Source: Epiperipatus broadwayi (Eukaryota; Animalia; Onychophora). From it: 64,000 bases of DNA. Position 1 is the first letter of the stretch; the number at the start of each line of letters is the position of its first letter. The notes beneath the pieces were generated by a model, which was given only the letters and a program-made list of their open reading frames with translations, had not been told where the DNA came from and searched no databases. The position numbers and the translations under genes are program-made. Positions 63,557 to 64,000 of this stretch are shown here, in pieces. The stretch is from assembly GCA_028023455.1 (NCBI GenBank), contig JAQFVV010000010.1, positions 5,518,001 to 5,582,000 of the forward strand, given 5' to 3'.

Positions 63557-64000
63557 AGTTTTGCCTGTTTTAACAACAGTTATACACAAGCATAAGAGAT
63601 GGTAGTCATGTGATGTTTATTGGCTTAAAACCAATCCTGCCTAATAGGATAGTGGTGGCTATGGTTATTAAAAAACCAAAGACACCAAAATGTATGGGTA
63701 CTGAACTGGATTCAGACCCATATGACTACATAAGCTAATGGGCTTGGATTGAAAACATTAAGGTGTTTTCAGTTTAAGACTCATAGTTTTGTAGTTAAAT
63801 GGAGATTAAAAAGTGTTTACTGGAGGGTTGCATTAGATCCTAAGATTTAGGTGCAGTCTCTCAGATCCAAGGCTCCTCACTGACGAAGGCCATAAGCCAG
63901 AAACTAGTCTGGGGATATTGGATGAGTAGGCACTAGATGGGGATTTTATCCACAAGCCTTCTGGCATCCATTGATTACTCTAGCTTGCTGTGTGTGGCAA
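63557..64000 (+). mobile_element. HHR-repeat family copy 6: least degraded, tandem/permuted monomer running off the right edge
   Basis: Starts with the family 3'-end segment joined directly to the monomer start. Colinear with copies 2 and 3, with no ORF. Confidence 0.9.
63865..63923 (+). ncRNA. Minimal type I hammerhead ribozyme (Penelope/retrozyme type), complete core
   Basis: AUCCAA-GGC-UCCUCA-CUGACGA-A-GGC(CAUAA)GCC-A-GAAA-CUAG-UC|UGGGGA-UA-UUGGAU. Stem I is 6+6 bp, stem III is the palindrome ACUAGU, and predicted cleavage follows C63909. Confidence 0.8.

Overview
AT-rich (roughly 25% GC by eye), CpG-depleted eukaryotic DNA, most likely from an invertebrate animal. The only host protein-coding gene I can support is Rab1 on the minus strand. 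Its last three coding exons (47829-47924, 30005-30136, 20518-20715) have canonical splice sites and the 96/132/198-nt sizes of vertebrate RAB1A, separated by 17.7-kb and 9.3-kb introns. I could not find the first three coding exons in the window. The rest is a transposon graveyard: Ty3/Gypsy, Penelope-like (PLE), L1/Tx1-like and RTE LINE relics, hAT Buster/SPIN relics, two Buster MITEs and a pogo/Tigger-like MITE. The most interesting signal is a non-coding, hairpin-rich repeat of about 450 nt carrying a minimal type I hammerhead ribozyme (HHR) with a palindromic stem III. It is present six times, as terminally redundant monomers or head-to-head inverted insertions with 11-16-bp target-site duplications (TSDs), and looks like a Penelope-mobilised retrozyme. 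The 63865-63923 copy keeps a complete catalytic core. A second, unrelated HHR with a compensated U3-A8 core sits in a young 209-bp insertion at 16.8 kb. Several further foldback hairpins appear to be decayed PLE ends. A plus-strand E2F/TATA/Inr promoter-like segment (61.4-63.5 kb) lies between two near-identical inverted ends of the HHR repeat. All calls are by eye; no folding or database searches were run.
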